A stretch of 63,967 nucleotides of DNA, filler included, from Octopus bimaculoides (lineage: Eukaryota), in NCBI RefSeq assembly GCF_001194135.2. It is 6 parts of 5 records of this genome, joined end to end, with 100 filler letters (N's around TTAATTAATTAA, not from the genome) between each part and the next. Parts side by side here need not be neighbours in the genome. Positions count along the whole stretch, not along the records: positions 47,587 to 58,049 come from NC_068985.1; positions 58,150 to 60,213 come from NC_068995.1; positions 60,314 to 62,799 come from NC_068981.1; positions 62,900 to 63,967 come from NW_026391446.1; 2 more parts are not named here. The stretch is one strand, 5' to 3'. Below the pieces are notes generated by a model. That model was not told the DNA's origin. It searched no databases and saw nothing but the letters and a program-made list of their open reading frames with translations. A program made the translations under genes and the position numbers. Shown here piece by piece: positions 49,626-63,924 of the stretch (the stretch's first letter is position 1; each line of letters starts with the position of its first letter).

Positions 49626-52600
49626 TCGCGCGCGCACCATACCACTTCAGCAAAAGAAATCGACAGAATAAGTACCAGGCTTAGAAAAAAAATAACTTAA
49701 GCACTGGCCGCAATCCAATGACTGAAAGCAGTAAACGTTGAAAGATTAACATCTAACGGCACCTGGCCACAATCATCTGAAACACATCTATCCCAATTGA
49801 CTGATCAAAGTAAATATTCCAAGTTATAATAATTAAGGATTGAAACTAAAACATCTGCACGCTGATGGGCATAGCAAACTTCCGACAAAATCATTACTCG
49901 GAAGGAAATGGAAAAACTGTCAAAATAGAAGATTCTTGAAAGTGAAATAAACAGAATGCAGAACATAAAAGTAAAAGCAGCATCAATGATAATTGAAGCT
50001 CCCCGGTTTGGTCATGTTTGTGTATATATTTAGTTTACCAAGGACTGAGAAATCAGCGACGATGTGATCAACCGTCTCATTGAATTGGTTGTATAGTCTG
50101 TACTAGATATTAGCGTCTTCTTTCACGATCTTATTTTCGTAGCTGTTTTTTGACTAACCGTTGATCGAGTGCAACTAGAATCAAGGTAAACAAAAACATA
50201 CTATACCAGATGCTAAAAGTAACAGACAGACCTCCCATCACCCAAAAGAACCCCTTAGCTTACATCCTACATAGCACACATATACTTCTATACTTCAGTT
50301 CGTTGTGCAGAATATATACTCTATATAATAACCACCCTCTTCGAATCATAATACATACTCTACACGATCAGCAGCTAATAAAGTAATGTAGCACATACTC
50401 ATACATAATCTTTGCCGATATTATAATAATAAACCTTGTGTCAAAATTTGAAACCATTATTATTATTGTTATTCACTGCTGAAGTTGGATCTTTACTGTT
50501 CAGAAGGAAGGAAGTTGACCGCAGCGAGATTTGGATTTAGAACATAGACAATACACCAAGTTTTTAAATTTTCACTAAGCTTTGAAATATCTACAGGTGC
50601 AGCCAAACAAAGAAGATCCATTAATATTGTTTTTGCTGGTCACTAAATCACAACCTCCTTATCCATCGTAGAATTATTATATTTGCTATTGACTTTGACA
50701 GTTTAAACTATTATTTCTGTTAATATAGTCCCTCTCTTGATAAGGCGGCTAGTTCGCAGCGTCATTAGTACACCGGACAAATTGCTTAGCAGTATTTCTT
50801 CTAGCTTTATTTTCCGAGATCAATTTTGCCTTTTATTCTTTCGGGGGCAATAAAATAAGTGCCAATCTAGCCTCCTCTCCTAAAATTGCATCTAGTTTTT
50901 TTTTTTTCATTCGCAAAATATACTTTTTTAAAAAGGAAGTAAAAAATCTGAAAATCGGCTATCATAATGTAGCCTTTCAGTCCCATTGCTTTGAAAGTAT
51001 GATGTTGTGGAGGAAAAAAATTGGAGAAAAAGTTACAGAAGTTTAAAAATCGAAAAAACTGTGTATTTATAGCCAATAGCGAGACCGAAATTTTCTGCGT
51101 TTAGCGGAGCGGTGTCAACTTTAAGGTTGTACCCTGTGAAATTTATAGTTTAGCGTCTGGCCTGTTCATTGTAGGTTTGTAAATAAACAGAAATACCTAA
51201 GTTCATTGTAGGTTTCTAAATAAACAGAAATAACTAATAAAATCAACATGTATCATCTTACTGTTTCTTTTGTCTCTTCATTGATTGTATCTTTTTAATT
51301 ATTTTTAAAAAAATTGTCATATTAATATATTTGTCTGCATGCATTTACTTTATGCGTATTTCAGTATTATGGCGTGTGTGTGTGAAAAGCAGACGTCTGT
51401 CTTCAAAGCTCCAAAGTTGAGTAACGTTTTCATGGTTGGATTTGTAAACTACGATAAGAATAACACTGGTCAACAAAGAATTTGTTCCAAGGAGAAGAAT
51501 ACCTGTATCTTGTATGTTTCTGCATGCAGAATTAAAAAATAATGTCAAATTATCTGTATCACCCACAGTTTCTCTGTTCCACGATATCCCTCTCAGTTCC
51601 TGTTATGTGTGCTAAATTTCAGTTAAGCTGTTGAAATGTGAAGCTAACGGTTTAAGAAATACTCTTAATTTAAATTTTTATGAATAGAATTAACCTAGTG
51701 AAATCATAAACCCAGCTATTTGAGTCAATGAGTCCCAAAAGAAGAATCAAATGTGAAAAATCAACACAGACAACAGCAGCACAGACAAGAGTGGACCACA
51801 ATACAGCGTGCGGTTGTCATGGTAACAAGCTGCTAATGCCACGCTGTCTGTTGATTGGCTAAAATTACCCAAATTTCCAAACTTTGATTCCAAACATCAT
51901 ATTCTTTAATTTACAAGATAAAGTAATTGGTTGATCGTAATCAAAATTCAAAGTTGCTTCGATGCACCAAAACTGAAAGCAATCTGAGCAAAATTACGTG
52001 GGGAGGGGCTCATTTTGTGAATGAAAAAGACTAGATCCCTAAAATTTCAAGCCTATAGTATAAAGAAATATAGCCGTGCTTGTCGTGGAGGCGCGTGGCT
52101 TAGTGCTAAGGGTGTTGCACTCATGATCGTAAGATTGTAGCTTCAATACCTAGACCGGGCGATGCGTTGCTTCTTTGATCAAAACACTTCATTTGAAGTC
52201 GCTCCAGTCCACTCAGCTGGCAAAAATGAGTAATCCTGCGACGGACTGACGTCCCGAATATATATGCTATAGAATCCCAGAAACCGGCCTTACAAGCCTA
52301 TGGCTCACAAAAGACATTAGATCCTTTTCTTTTCATTTTTTTTTTGTCAAAGAACTAACCGGTGGTGTGGTGTCTTAATCGTGTTATTCTCTCACCAACT
52401 GTTGAGGCAACTTTGTCGCTTTTAAAGCTTCGAAAATTTCTATTAAGTATATACCGGTTGGGCCAAAAGTGACGCACATANNNNNNNNNNNNNNNNNNNN
52501 NNNNNNNNNNNNNNNNNNNNNNNNNNNNNNNNNNNNNNNNNNNNNNNNNNNNNNNNNNNNNNNNNNNNNNNNNNNNNNNNNNNNNNNNNNNNNNNNNNNN

Positions 52601-53551
52601 NNNNNNNNNNNNNNNNNNNNNNNNNNNNNNNNNNNNNNNNNNNNNNNNNNNNNNNNNNNNNNNNNNNNNNNNNNNNNNNNNNNNNNNNNNNNNNNNNNNN
52701 NNNNNNNNNNNNNNNNNNNNNNNNNNNNNNNNNNNNNNNNNNNNNNNNNNNNNNNNNNNNNNNNNNNNNNNNNNNNNNNNNNNNNNNNNNNNNNNNNNNN
52801 NNNNNNNNNNNNNNNNNNNNNNNNNNNNNNNNNNNNNNNNNNNNNNNNNNNNNNNNNNNNNNNNNNNNNNNNNNNNNNNNNNNNNNNNNNNNNNNNNNNN
52901 NNNNNNNNNNNNNNNNNNNNNNNNNNNNNNNNNNNNNNNNNNNNNNNNNNNNNNNNNNNNNNNNNNNNNNNNNNNNNNNNNNNNNNNNNNNNNNNNNNNN
53001 NNNNNNNNNNNNNNNNNNNNNNNNNNNNNNNNNNNNNNNNNNNNNNNNNNNNNNNNNNNNNNNNNNNNNNNNNNNNNNNNNNNNNNNNNNNNNNNNNNNN
53101 NNNNNNNNNNNNNNNNNNNNNNNNNNNNNNNNNNNNNNNNNNNNNNNNNNNNNNNNNNNNNNNNNNNNNNNNNNNNNNNNNNNNNNNNNNNNNNNNNNNN
53201 NNNNNNNNNNNNNNNNNNNNNNNNNNNNNNNNNNNNNNNNNNNNNNNNNNNNNNNNNNNNNNNNNNNNNNNNNNNNNNNNNNNNNNNNNNNNNNNNNNNN
53301 NNNNNNNNNNNNNNNNNNNNNNNNNNNNNNNNNNNNNNNNNNNNNNNNNNNNNNNNNNNNNNNNNNNNNNNNNNNNNNNNNNNNNNNNNNNNNNNNNNNN
53401 NNNNNNNNNNNNNNNNNNNNNNNNNNNNNNNNNNNNNNNNNNNNNNNNNNNNNNNNNNNNNNNNNAGATCTTTAGATCAGGCAATACTTCACCGAGAGGA
53501 GATATAAGCTTCTGCTTATTCCTGTCTGAAGTATCGTCCGATACTTCAGAC

Positions 53552-53745
53552 TTATCGTCCGATGAATTTACTTTGTTGACATATCGACAGAATTTTTATA
53601 CCTTTCAACCTTTCAATCAAGTCCGCCTTTCTTCCAGTAACATACTGTCCATATAATCTTAAATATTTCTTTAACTCAGGCACAGTAAGTACTTCGATAG
53701 CTGAATCATCAAGCTGCTTTATATCCTTGATAAGACGTAAAACAA
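53552..53745 (-). pseudogene. SAP-domain-coding remnant, probably TE-derived
   Basis: Minus frame IEVLTVPELKKYLRLYGQYVTGRKADLIERLKG fits the SAP consensus. No in-frame ATG seen; an apparent frameshift follows. Confidence 0.55.
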
Positions 53746-55639
53746 TAACAATGGCGTGGGTTAGCCTCCGGAAGTTTAATTATCTACATGGAGCGCCGCC
53801 TAGCCAAGGGAGATAACCTACTTATAGGAAAGCCCTATAGTACTTACTAAGTCTGAGTGAACAATTATATTTTCAAAAATCGATGTGGAAAATGTGCTGC
53901 TTTAAATGAAGACAAGTTGAAGGCAGGTATCTTTTAATACCCTTAGGAATAATATAAAACCAGTAATTAAAAAATGAGCTATTGATAAGCTTATTCAAAC
54001 CTGCGTTGCATTCATAGATGTCATGGATTCTTGAAGAATAACAAATTCGAAAACTATAAATAAGTTACCTGTTTTTTTACATTCCAGAATCTAGGATCCG
54101 TTAAAGTGCATTTCCTATATAGTCCTTTAGATTACTTCCCTGTCAATTTAGAGGCTGGTAGTGATAGTGAAGAAGGAGGATGTTTCCACCAAGACAAACG
54201 ACAAATTCTTCAATCCCTACCATAAATAACTGTTTCTAATTTAAAACACAAGGCCAGCAGTTTTGGGTGGAGGGGATCTGTTGATACTATCTACACAAGT
54301 ACTCGACTGGCATTCTGCCTGTTACGACGACGTATGTTCTATTTGGTCCGATCAACGGAACAACCAGCTCGTGAAATTAACGCACAAATGGCTGAGCACT
54401 CCACAAACACACGCACCTTTAACATAGTTCTCAGGGAGATTAAGCGTTACACAGAATGTGACAAAGCTGGCTCTTTGAGTTACAAGTACAACTCGTTTTT
54501 GCAAACTGAGTGGACAAGAGCAATGTGAAATAAAGTATCTTGCTCAAGGTCACAACGCACCGCCACCAATCGAACTCAGGACGTTACGATTGTGAGCCGA
54601 ATACCCTAACTACTAGGTCACACACCTTCACAATACTTGACGTGCACCGTATTTGATGGCATATAAGATGCATTCTTTATTTTTCCATACAAAATGTTTC
54701 TCAAAAACTTCTCGGATCCTATATGCAAAGTTGAGCCTACCATAAGCTTTAGAGCACTGAAAACTTTTTTCTCTCAATATGAACTTGGGGTGCATATTAA
54801 TGTGAAATTAATATGAAATTGGGTGCATCTAATGTGCCCGCGTGTCTTTTGTGCCATCAAACATGGTACTTTATTTTATTGACTTCAGAAAGATGAAAGG
54901 CAAAGTTAACCTCGATGGAGTTTTAATTATATAACGTAAAAAGCCGGAATAAATATCTGAAAGCATTTTTTTTTCGACTCTCTAATGATTCTCTCAGTTT
55001 ACCTTCATGAGAAAATTGTTCAGTCAGACCTTGTGCTAAGCTTAAAATTAGCCCCTTTGAAGAACCTGAGGGGACTTGTTGAGACATTTTGATATTTGGT
55101 TTGATAAAAAAAAAAAATTAAAAAAATGCGTCTTATATTTTAATTTGTTAAAGTTAAATGACACTTTCAACTATCGATGTGAAAAATGTGTTACGAGTGA
55201 AGACAAGTTGAAGGCAAGTAACCTTTTAATATGATTAGGATAAATCGTCTGCCTTCACGTTCTGAGTTCAAATTCCGCCGAAATCGACTTTGCCTTTCAT
55301 CCTTTTGGGGTCGATAAATTAAGTACCAGTTGCGTACTAGGTTGGATCTAATTGACTGGCCCTGTCCCCCAAAATTTCTGGCCTTGTGCCTAGAGTAGAA
55401 ATGAATATGATTAGGACAAAAAACATTAATTTAAAAAAATGAGCTAGTGATAGGCTTATCTAAACCTGGTGAGAAAATGTTTGAGCAGGTGAAGATCTGG
55501 TAAACAAGTTACTATCTTTTTTTCCTTCCAGAGGGTCGGGTACATTAAAGTGCATTTCTTCTTCAGCCACTTAGATTATTTCCCTCCCAATTTAGAGACG
55601 TTTAGTCAAAGGTATGACTTTAAATGGCATCCGGTAGTG

Positions 55640-56320
55640 GGGACATGGTTCGGGAGTTCTAGTATTTTGAGAAGAGTGGAACCACGTCTTAACCTTGATT
55701 GCCTCCAGGTCTACTCTTCTCCTGCCAAGTTCCCAGCAGTGGGTTACTTAGCACGTCACGGAACTGCTTCCCGAAGAAGGTCATTCACAGACACCTCCAA
55801 CGGAGCCAGGGCAGATAAAGTCCTTCAGCTGCTAATCTAAAAGGCAGTAACTTTGTATGAATCCTACATTCTGATAACTACTGGGCTGCTCGTGACACTT
55901 GTTGCATCAAACTGATACAATTTTGAAGGATGAGGGAGTGGGACTGGCTCTGCACAAACCATATCCACTATAATAAACCTCCGCTGCCTTGTAAGGGGAA
56001 TTTGTTGAGCTTTTAAAAGAGGTTAAGCAATTAAACCCCAACAGAATATCTGGAAGGAGGGACCCGAAAGCACATATGAATAGTTGTACTTAACCAATAT
56101 CTGGCATACCTAAGGCTCCATGGATTCTTGAACTTACTAACTAGTCTTTCCTACTTGACGTATCTATGAGTAGAGAGGTGGTAAGTGTACTTGGGGCTAG
56201 GCGCTCGCTTCTGGGAACAGCCCTGGCACAGCAGAAGGGGTTAAGTTACAATCTCTGCAATACCGTTCGTCGACCAACGACGAAAACGGCTAACCAGTGA
56301 GTAGGAAGGGCAATGTTTCC
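55640..56320 (-). mobile_element. GC-richer decayed LINE-like fragment (possible CR1 ORF1 esterase region)
   Basis: Compositional shift plus a weak SVNDL-like motif on the minus strand, with multiple stops. Confidence 0.3.
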
Positions 56321-59018
56321 ACCAAGAGATAAAAACTATGAAAAAACAAAAGAAAAGAAAAAGGAGGGATGATGGAATATAAATATATGGCAGACTATTG
56401 GTGCTAATAAGAGGACAAATCAGAAGTGATTATGTTCGACCATCCAAGAAGAGAAAACTGTTTCACATACGATAGTTTTCCAAGCAGTTTTCGGCTAACA
56501 AATTCACTAACAAGATATTGATCGGCCAGAGACTATAACAGAAGACACTTGCCTCGTGTGTTGCGCAATGGGACAGAAGCTGAAATTGCGAGGTTGTAAA
56601 ACGAATCTCTTCACAACACGGCCATACCTGCGCTTATATAGCTAACTGTCATAAATATAAACCTAATTTAGTACATAAACATTAGAGAAAATGATTGGAT
56701 CTTTCATAAAGCAGCTACAAAGAGCATAGTTGCTATTACATTATATAAAAGTAACTTCTTTTCTACTGCTGCTGCTACTACTACTACTACTACATGTATT
56801 TGACAAGCATTATATTGATAAAATTTAGGAATGGTTTTCAAAAAAAGAAAGAAAGAAAGAAAGAGGAAACCTGGACATGACTCATGAAACTAAAAGGAGA
56901 ATTGAAATCAGCCCCCCCCCCCCCCACCAAAGAAAAAGGTTAGATAATAAGATGGTTATCATTAATGGAAACTGGAACGATTTTTCTCACAATGCAATGC
57001 AGAGTCGTATTTAAAGACCTCTACAGACAAAATCAGTATGATGGGCAGTATGACTGCGAAAATAAATCATGAGAGCTCATTACGAACAATTTTTGATATG
57101 ATACTTGAGACAAAGACAGCGAAACCAAGGAATATCAGAATAACAGAATATTAGTGTCTTTATTCCATTTGAATGTATCATTCAAGTTATATTTTTTATA
57201 TTCTACTTGTTTCAGTCATTGAACTGCGGCCATACTGGGGCACCGCCTTGAAGGATGTTTGTTTTTAGTCGACCGAATTGTCCCCTGTATTTATTTTAAA
57301 AAACCTGGTGCTTATTCTATCGGCCTCTCATGCCGAGCCGCTAAGTTACGGAGACGTAAGCAAGTCGACACCGGTTGTCAAGAGGTGGTGGCGAGGAAAC
57401 ACAGACACACACTTACGCACACAGACACACACTTACGCTCACACACGCACACACTCACACGTGCACTACCCAGAGACCCTGATTATAGAGGCAACACTTT
57501 TGGGTCTGTTGTATAAGTCTAGGGGACCTGGTGGGGTGTAAACTGAAGGGCTCTCCCTGGTGCTGCGCACTCCAGCTACGCCACTGCAGTACCTCCCTCT
57601 CCACTGTTTCCTTTCCCTTCAAAAAGTATTTTTATTGCCCCAGGGGACAATGAATGCTTGCTATTTACAAAAAGCGAATTAGAAATTTTATATTTCCATA
57701 ACAACCATTGTACCCATAATTCTTGCCAACAACAACAACATAACAACAATGGCAATAACAACAACCACCATTAAAATTAGTTTATCCGATACGTTGGAAA
57801 AACTAAATAGTTCTAAGAATGGTAATTGATTTCAGATACATATTGTTGCAAATAAAATATAAAAGAAATATAGGAATCCTTAGGCGTAGGAGTGGCTGTG
57901 TGGTAAGTAGCTTGCTTACCAGCCACATGGTTCCGGGTTCAGCCCCACTGCGTGGCACCTTGGGTAAGTGTCTTCTACTATAGCTTCGGGCCGACCAAAG
58001 CCTTGTGGATTCGGTAGACGGAAACTGAAAGAAGCCCGTAGTATATATANNNNNNNNNNNNNNNNNNNNNNNNNNNNNNNNNNNNNNNNNNNNTTAATTA
58101 ATTAANNNNNNNNNNNNNNNNNNNNNNNNNNNNNNNNNNNNNNNNNNNNACACACACACACACACAGACAAATGTATATACACACATATTCTGGATCAAC
58201 ATAGTTTAAACAAAGGAATCCATTTATAACAGAACCTTCTCTACAGAATCTCCGCAAACACACACATACACACGCACTTACACAGACACACAGACAGACA
58301 CACACACATATACACTCGCACATACACGTGTATATAGATTTATAACAAGCAAGTAGACATATGATGTAATTTACCATTCCCAAAGATTCACTTAGTCTTT
58401 GAGCCCCAGATTGAAATAAACAAACGTATTTAGAATATTTGTATTCTCAACATACTTCCAAACAAAAAAGCATCACCAAAAAAAAAACAACAAAAAAACC
58501 CCCAAAACCCAGATGGCATTTCTTTATACACAGAGAAACACACTAACACTCACACAACGACATGCGTACACACTCACACACACGCGCGCGCACACATGTG
58601 TAAAACGAAATTTCTATACGCAGCGAACATATGAAATGCCTGCTAAAAGTATATATAATGAGAGATAAACAGTATGTCACCATTTCACCACCTTCTGACT
58701 ACTTGCTTTTTATGTATGCATGCATGTCTTTCTCTCCTTCTCTCTCTGTATATATATATATATATATATAAATNNNNNNNNNNNNNNNNNNNNNNNNNNN
58801 NNNNNNNNNNNNNNNNNNNNNNNNNNNNNNNNNNNNNNNNNNNNNNNNNNNNNNNNNNNNNNNNNNNNNNNNNNNNNNNNNNNNNNNNNNNNNNNNNNNN
58901 NNNNNNNNNNNNNNNNNNNNNNNNNNNNNNNNNNNNNNNNNNNNNNNNNNNNNNNNNNNNNNNNNNNNNNNNNNNNNNNNNNNNNNNNNNNNNNNNNNNN
59001 NNNNNNNNNNNNNNNNNN

Positions 59019-59050
<32 letters not shown>

Positions 59051-59759
59051 GTATGTATGTATAGATATATGCGTGTGCATGTGTCTCTGTGCATGTGTGA
59101 ATGATCGTATTTTCATTGATAACATCCGTCAAGAGATTCATCAACAGAGACATAAAGGCGCATAGCTTAAGAACATTGATCGAGATATGGATAATTTGTG
59201 AAATGAGAAAGAGGGGGGAGAGAGAGGAGAGAGAAAGAGATAGAACGAAAGAGATCGTGATAGAGAGGGAGAGACTGAAAGAAAGAAACAGAAAAAGAAT
59301 GAAGGAAGGAAGGAGATAGAGAATGAGAGAGAGAGGGGCAGAGAAAGAGAGAAGATGAAAAGGAGAAAAATGGAGAGAATGAAAATATTGAAAGAAATTA
59401 GGAAAGAAAGAAAAAAGAGAATGAGATGACTAAATGAAATAAAAGAAATGATATAACTGAGAAAGGTTGAGAGCGTTATAATTGATCTGTCTACACGGAA
59501 TTGACCAATCACACGTCAGCTTTGCCTGTCGTCTGTTCAACCATTTGGAACTGATCAGAATAGGCCTTTTATACAGACCAGAGATTACTGATTGATCGAT
59601 GACGACGTGAAGAAGAAGAACAACAACAACAGCAACAACGGTAAAGACAACAACAAAGGTAACAATAGCAATGCAATGAAATGGAGCAACATCGCATAAT
59701 AGCATCAACAATTATATCAACAAGCTATAAAGATCAACTTCAATGAAGATTACCTCTGC

Positions 59760-59800
59760 CGCCGCCTCCACTACCACCACCACCACCACCACCATCATCG

Positions 59801-59838
<38 letters not shown>

Positions 59839-60200
59839 GTCGTCGTCGTCGTTGTCGCCATTATTATCATGGACGTCAATAGTGTCTTCAGTCACCAGTC
59901 GTCATCGTTATCCTTATCATCATCAGTACCGTAACGCCATCATCATCATCATCATCGTCGTCATTAATCATTACCATAACCGTCACGGTCGATATCATCA
60001 CCGTCACCATCATCTTACTACTATCAATATCCCTTAACCTCCTTCTCCTCTTGATAGTCATCATTATCATCATCATCATCATCGTCGTCGTCGTCGTCGT
60101 CATCATCATCATCATCATCATTATCATCATCATCATCATTATCATCATCATCATCATCATCACTATCATCATCGTCTCGTCCTCGTCATTATCGTCGACG
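59760..60200. repeat. Compound (CAC/CAT/CGT)n microsatellite field
   Basis: Direct reading of the sequence. Confidence 0.95.
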
Positions 60201-61417
60201 CTATCTTCCTCCANNNNNNNNNNNNNNNNNNNNNNNNNNNNNNNNNNNNNNNNNNNNTTAATTAATTAANNNNNNNNNNNNNNNNNNNNNNNNNNNNNNN
60301 NNNNNNNNNNNNNTTTCGATTCCCAGACCGGGCATTGTGAGTGTTTATTGAGCGAAAACACCTAAAGCTCCACGAGGCTCCGGTAGGGGATGGTGGCGAA
60401 CCCTGCTGTACTCTTCCACCACAACTTTCTCTTACTCTTTCTTCCTGTTACTGTTGTGCCTGTAATTCAAAGGGTCAGCCTTGTCACACTGTGTCACGCT
60501 GAATATCCCCGAGAACTACGTTAAGGGTACACGTGTCTGTGGAGTGCTCAGCCACTTGCACGTTAATTTCACGAGCAGGCTGTTCCGTTGATTGGATCAA
60601 CTGGAACCCTCGACGCCGTAAGCGACGGAGTACCAACAACAACATGTAACCTTTACCTTAAGAAATTTAACTTTACAACAGACAAATATTAATAAAGACA
60701 TAATAAACCAGTTATGAGAAAACGTATGTAAAGCTTACCTTAGGATATTTAATGTAAAAGCGCATTGCCTAGTAATTAGGGTGTTGTATTCATGGTCGCA
60801 AGATCGTGGTTTCAATTCTTGAACCGGGTGGTGCGTTGTGTTATTCGGTAAGACACTTCATCTCGGGCTGCTCTGCGATCACTTCGATACCTGGAGATGT
60901 AGTACACCGTGCACTTGTTCAGGCAACATCGATTTGGTGGAGGGAAAGAGCTAATGTACAGCAGAAAACATTTGATGGCTACAACTGCAGGTTGTCCAGC
61001 AAAAAATTGCTGAACCGTCTTTTTGAGAAAACGGGAGACAACCATTGTCAGATTATTTAACTTATGAAAGACAAAGATTAATGAAACTACGAAAACGATT
61101 ATTATGGAAATTATTTCTAGGGTACCTGAAGCTAAAAAGTTTGGAGAATGTTGGTCAAGTTAACTATCGATATGGTTGTGCAGTGGTATGTGAGTAATAG
61201 TGGGGGCAGTGAGATAGTGTCTATTTTTTGTGTAGGTGTTGGCAATGAGGCACAGGCGTGGCTGTGTGGTAAAAAGCTTACTTCCCAAACACACGGTTTC
61301 GAGTTCAGACCCACTGCGTGGCATCTTAGACAAGTGTCTTCTTTTATAGCTTCGGCCTCGGGCCGATTAAAGCCCTGTCAGTGGATTTGGTAGACAGAAA
61401 CTGAAAGAAGCCCATCG

Positions 61418-61449
<32 letters not shown>

Positions 61450-62091
61450 CATGTAGATGTATATATATCTGTGTGTCTATGCGTATGTGCATGTCTCCAC
61501 TGCTGCTTGACAAGCATTGTAGGTGTGCTTTCGTCTCACTAAGCTAGTGGTTCGGCAAAAAAGATCGATAGAATAAGTAGCAGGCTTAAAAAGGTACCGG
61601 GGTCGATTCATTCGAATGAAATTCTTCAAGATTGTGCCCCAGAATGACCACAGTCTAATGGCTGAAACAAGAAAAAATGTCGTGTAGATATAAGTTTAAA
61701 AGTATATGCGAGATGAATGCCATACGTGCAGCACAATTCTCGAGAAGTTTCAATTTCTCGGTAATCTTACGCTCTGCATAGACTTGGCGAACTAAGAAGC
61801 AGTTTGCTTGTCATCATTTGGTGTTGTTGAGTAAGTTATTTATTTATGAGTGGAGCGTTGTTTATGAAGAACAGTCTGGGGGAACAGTGTAGTTTTATAC
61901 GTGGCACGATTCCAACATGTCCATGTTTCAAACAAGTTAATTTATGCTTCAAATTGTTCCGATACTCCACTATTCTCACAGCAGTCGTTTGTTTTTGATT
62001 TTTTTTTTTTTTTTTTCATAATAGCTTAGCCGCCTTTCGTCTAGCACTAAGTGGGCAGTTAACATTCTTGGGAGAGACTTTGTTGGCTGTA

Positions 62092-62130
<39 letters not shown>

Positions 62131-62360
62131 GATAGAGTTGTTGCTTGTTGTTGTTGTTGTCGTCGTCGTTGTGGTTGTTGTTGTTGATGGTGTTAGTAGC
62201 ATTGTATAATAAATTTTTTTGTTGTCATATGCTCGAGCGATCATTCGATTGCTAAAATTTTTTTTTTTTGCTCTAAAATAGACGATCTCAGCTTTGTCCA
62301 ACACTGAAGTACATGTTAATTCCTAATTGCTATCTGCGTTTGTCTCCCTTCGTTCCTCTT

Positions 62361-62391
<31 letters not shown>

Positions 62392-62485
62392 GTATATATA
62401 CATACATATATATACACGCACACACACCAACTTGCATATGCGCATACACACATACACACATATACACGTATATATATATATATAT

Positions 62486-62787
62486 ATAAAGTTGTAGTAT
62501 ATTGTCAACTTAATGTGACAATCCCAATAAGGGAATACACTACTGCCGTTTAGCCCTAGGAAGCTGGACCGCTTCCTGTCGGCCTTGACACAATTACTGT
62601 GTCCTTAAGTTTGCGAGGGGGAGACAAGCTCCTCCACCCAGCCTAGCCAGCATTCAGGGACATGTTTCTGAGTCTTTGCTCGTCATCAGCCTGAAGTAGC
62701 TTGCCAGCTGGATAGAGAAGCCTGTTTCGCCTTCGCAAACTTATATTGGGATTGTCACATTAAGTTGACAATATACTACAACTTTAT
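62486..62787. mobile_element. 302-bp element with perfect 44-bp TIRs containing a hammerhead ribozyme
   Basis: 62486-62529 is the exact reverse complement of 62744-62787. Confidence 0.85.
62653..62695 (-). ncRNA. Minimal type I hammerhead ribozyme
   Basis: UUCAGG CUGAUGA CGAG CAAAGA CUCA GAAA CAUG UC CCUGAA: perfect 6-bp stem I, intact core, palindromic stem III ACAUGU. Predicted cleavage between 62659 and 62658. Confidence 0.8.
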
Positions 62788-62899
62788 CGCTCCACTACTN
62801 NNNNNNNNNNNNNNNNNNNNNNNNNNNNNNNNNNNNNNNNNNNTTAATTAATTAANNNNNNNNNNNNNNNNNNNNNNNNNNNNNNNNNNNNNNNNNNNN

Positions 62900-63110
<211 letters not shown>

Positions 63111-63371
63111 NNNNNNNNNNAACACTTTCAATACAGTAACCATAAGAGCACCACAGCAAACCACAGCACATACCCAAGGCGCACAGAGCTGCGCTCGGTA
63201 GTGAAGTGAAAGCACGTTATAAAAATAAAACTACTGAATAATAATAATAATAATGATAATAATAATTATAATAGTTATCTTTTCTCCAATAGGCATAAGG
63301 CCTGAAATCTTGGGCGATTGGCACAATATTCAAAATAATCTTTTCTACAATAGGCACATCGCCTGAAATTT

Positions 63372-63472
<101 letters not shown>

Positions 63473-63924
63473 TATGGCGAGAACAACAGTATCAAGATGT
63501 TCGTTCTAGCCAGCAGACAAAAAAAAAGATCATTATGTAAGTATAGCAATTTTGTTGCAGAGTGTGTGTTCTGTATGGGATGAAATACGTGAGTGGAGTA
63601 TATGCGGGGTACGGTGTTGATCCATATGTGCCGTCACCGCTTTCCAACAGCAGCACCACCACCACCACCTCCGCAGCTACGTAATGGAGTTTAGTGTTCT
63701 GGCTCGAAGACTCAGGTGATGAGAGATGTTTCAGGAGAAGGAAGAACAAAGGAAGACAAATAAAGAAAAGAGCAACAACAATAACGACAACAACAACAAT
63801 AATAACCACAACAGCAGCAGCAGCGGCAGCAGCAGCAACGAAATGTTGATGCAGAAGAAGAAAAAAGATGGAAAACAGCAGAATCATGAATGCGGAAGCC
63901 AGAGAGGATGCGATTAAGAAATAA

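Noticed and set aside
59743-60269. Poly-Ile/Met/His and poly-Asn ORFs (also 62848-63583)
   Set aside because: Translations of trinucleotide microsatellites.
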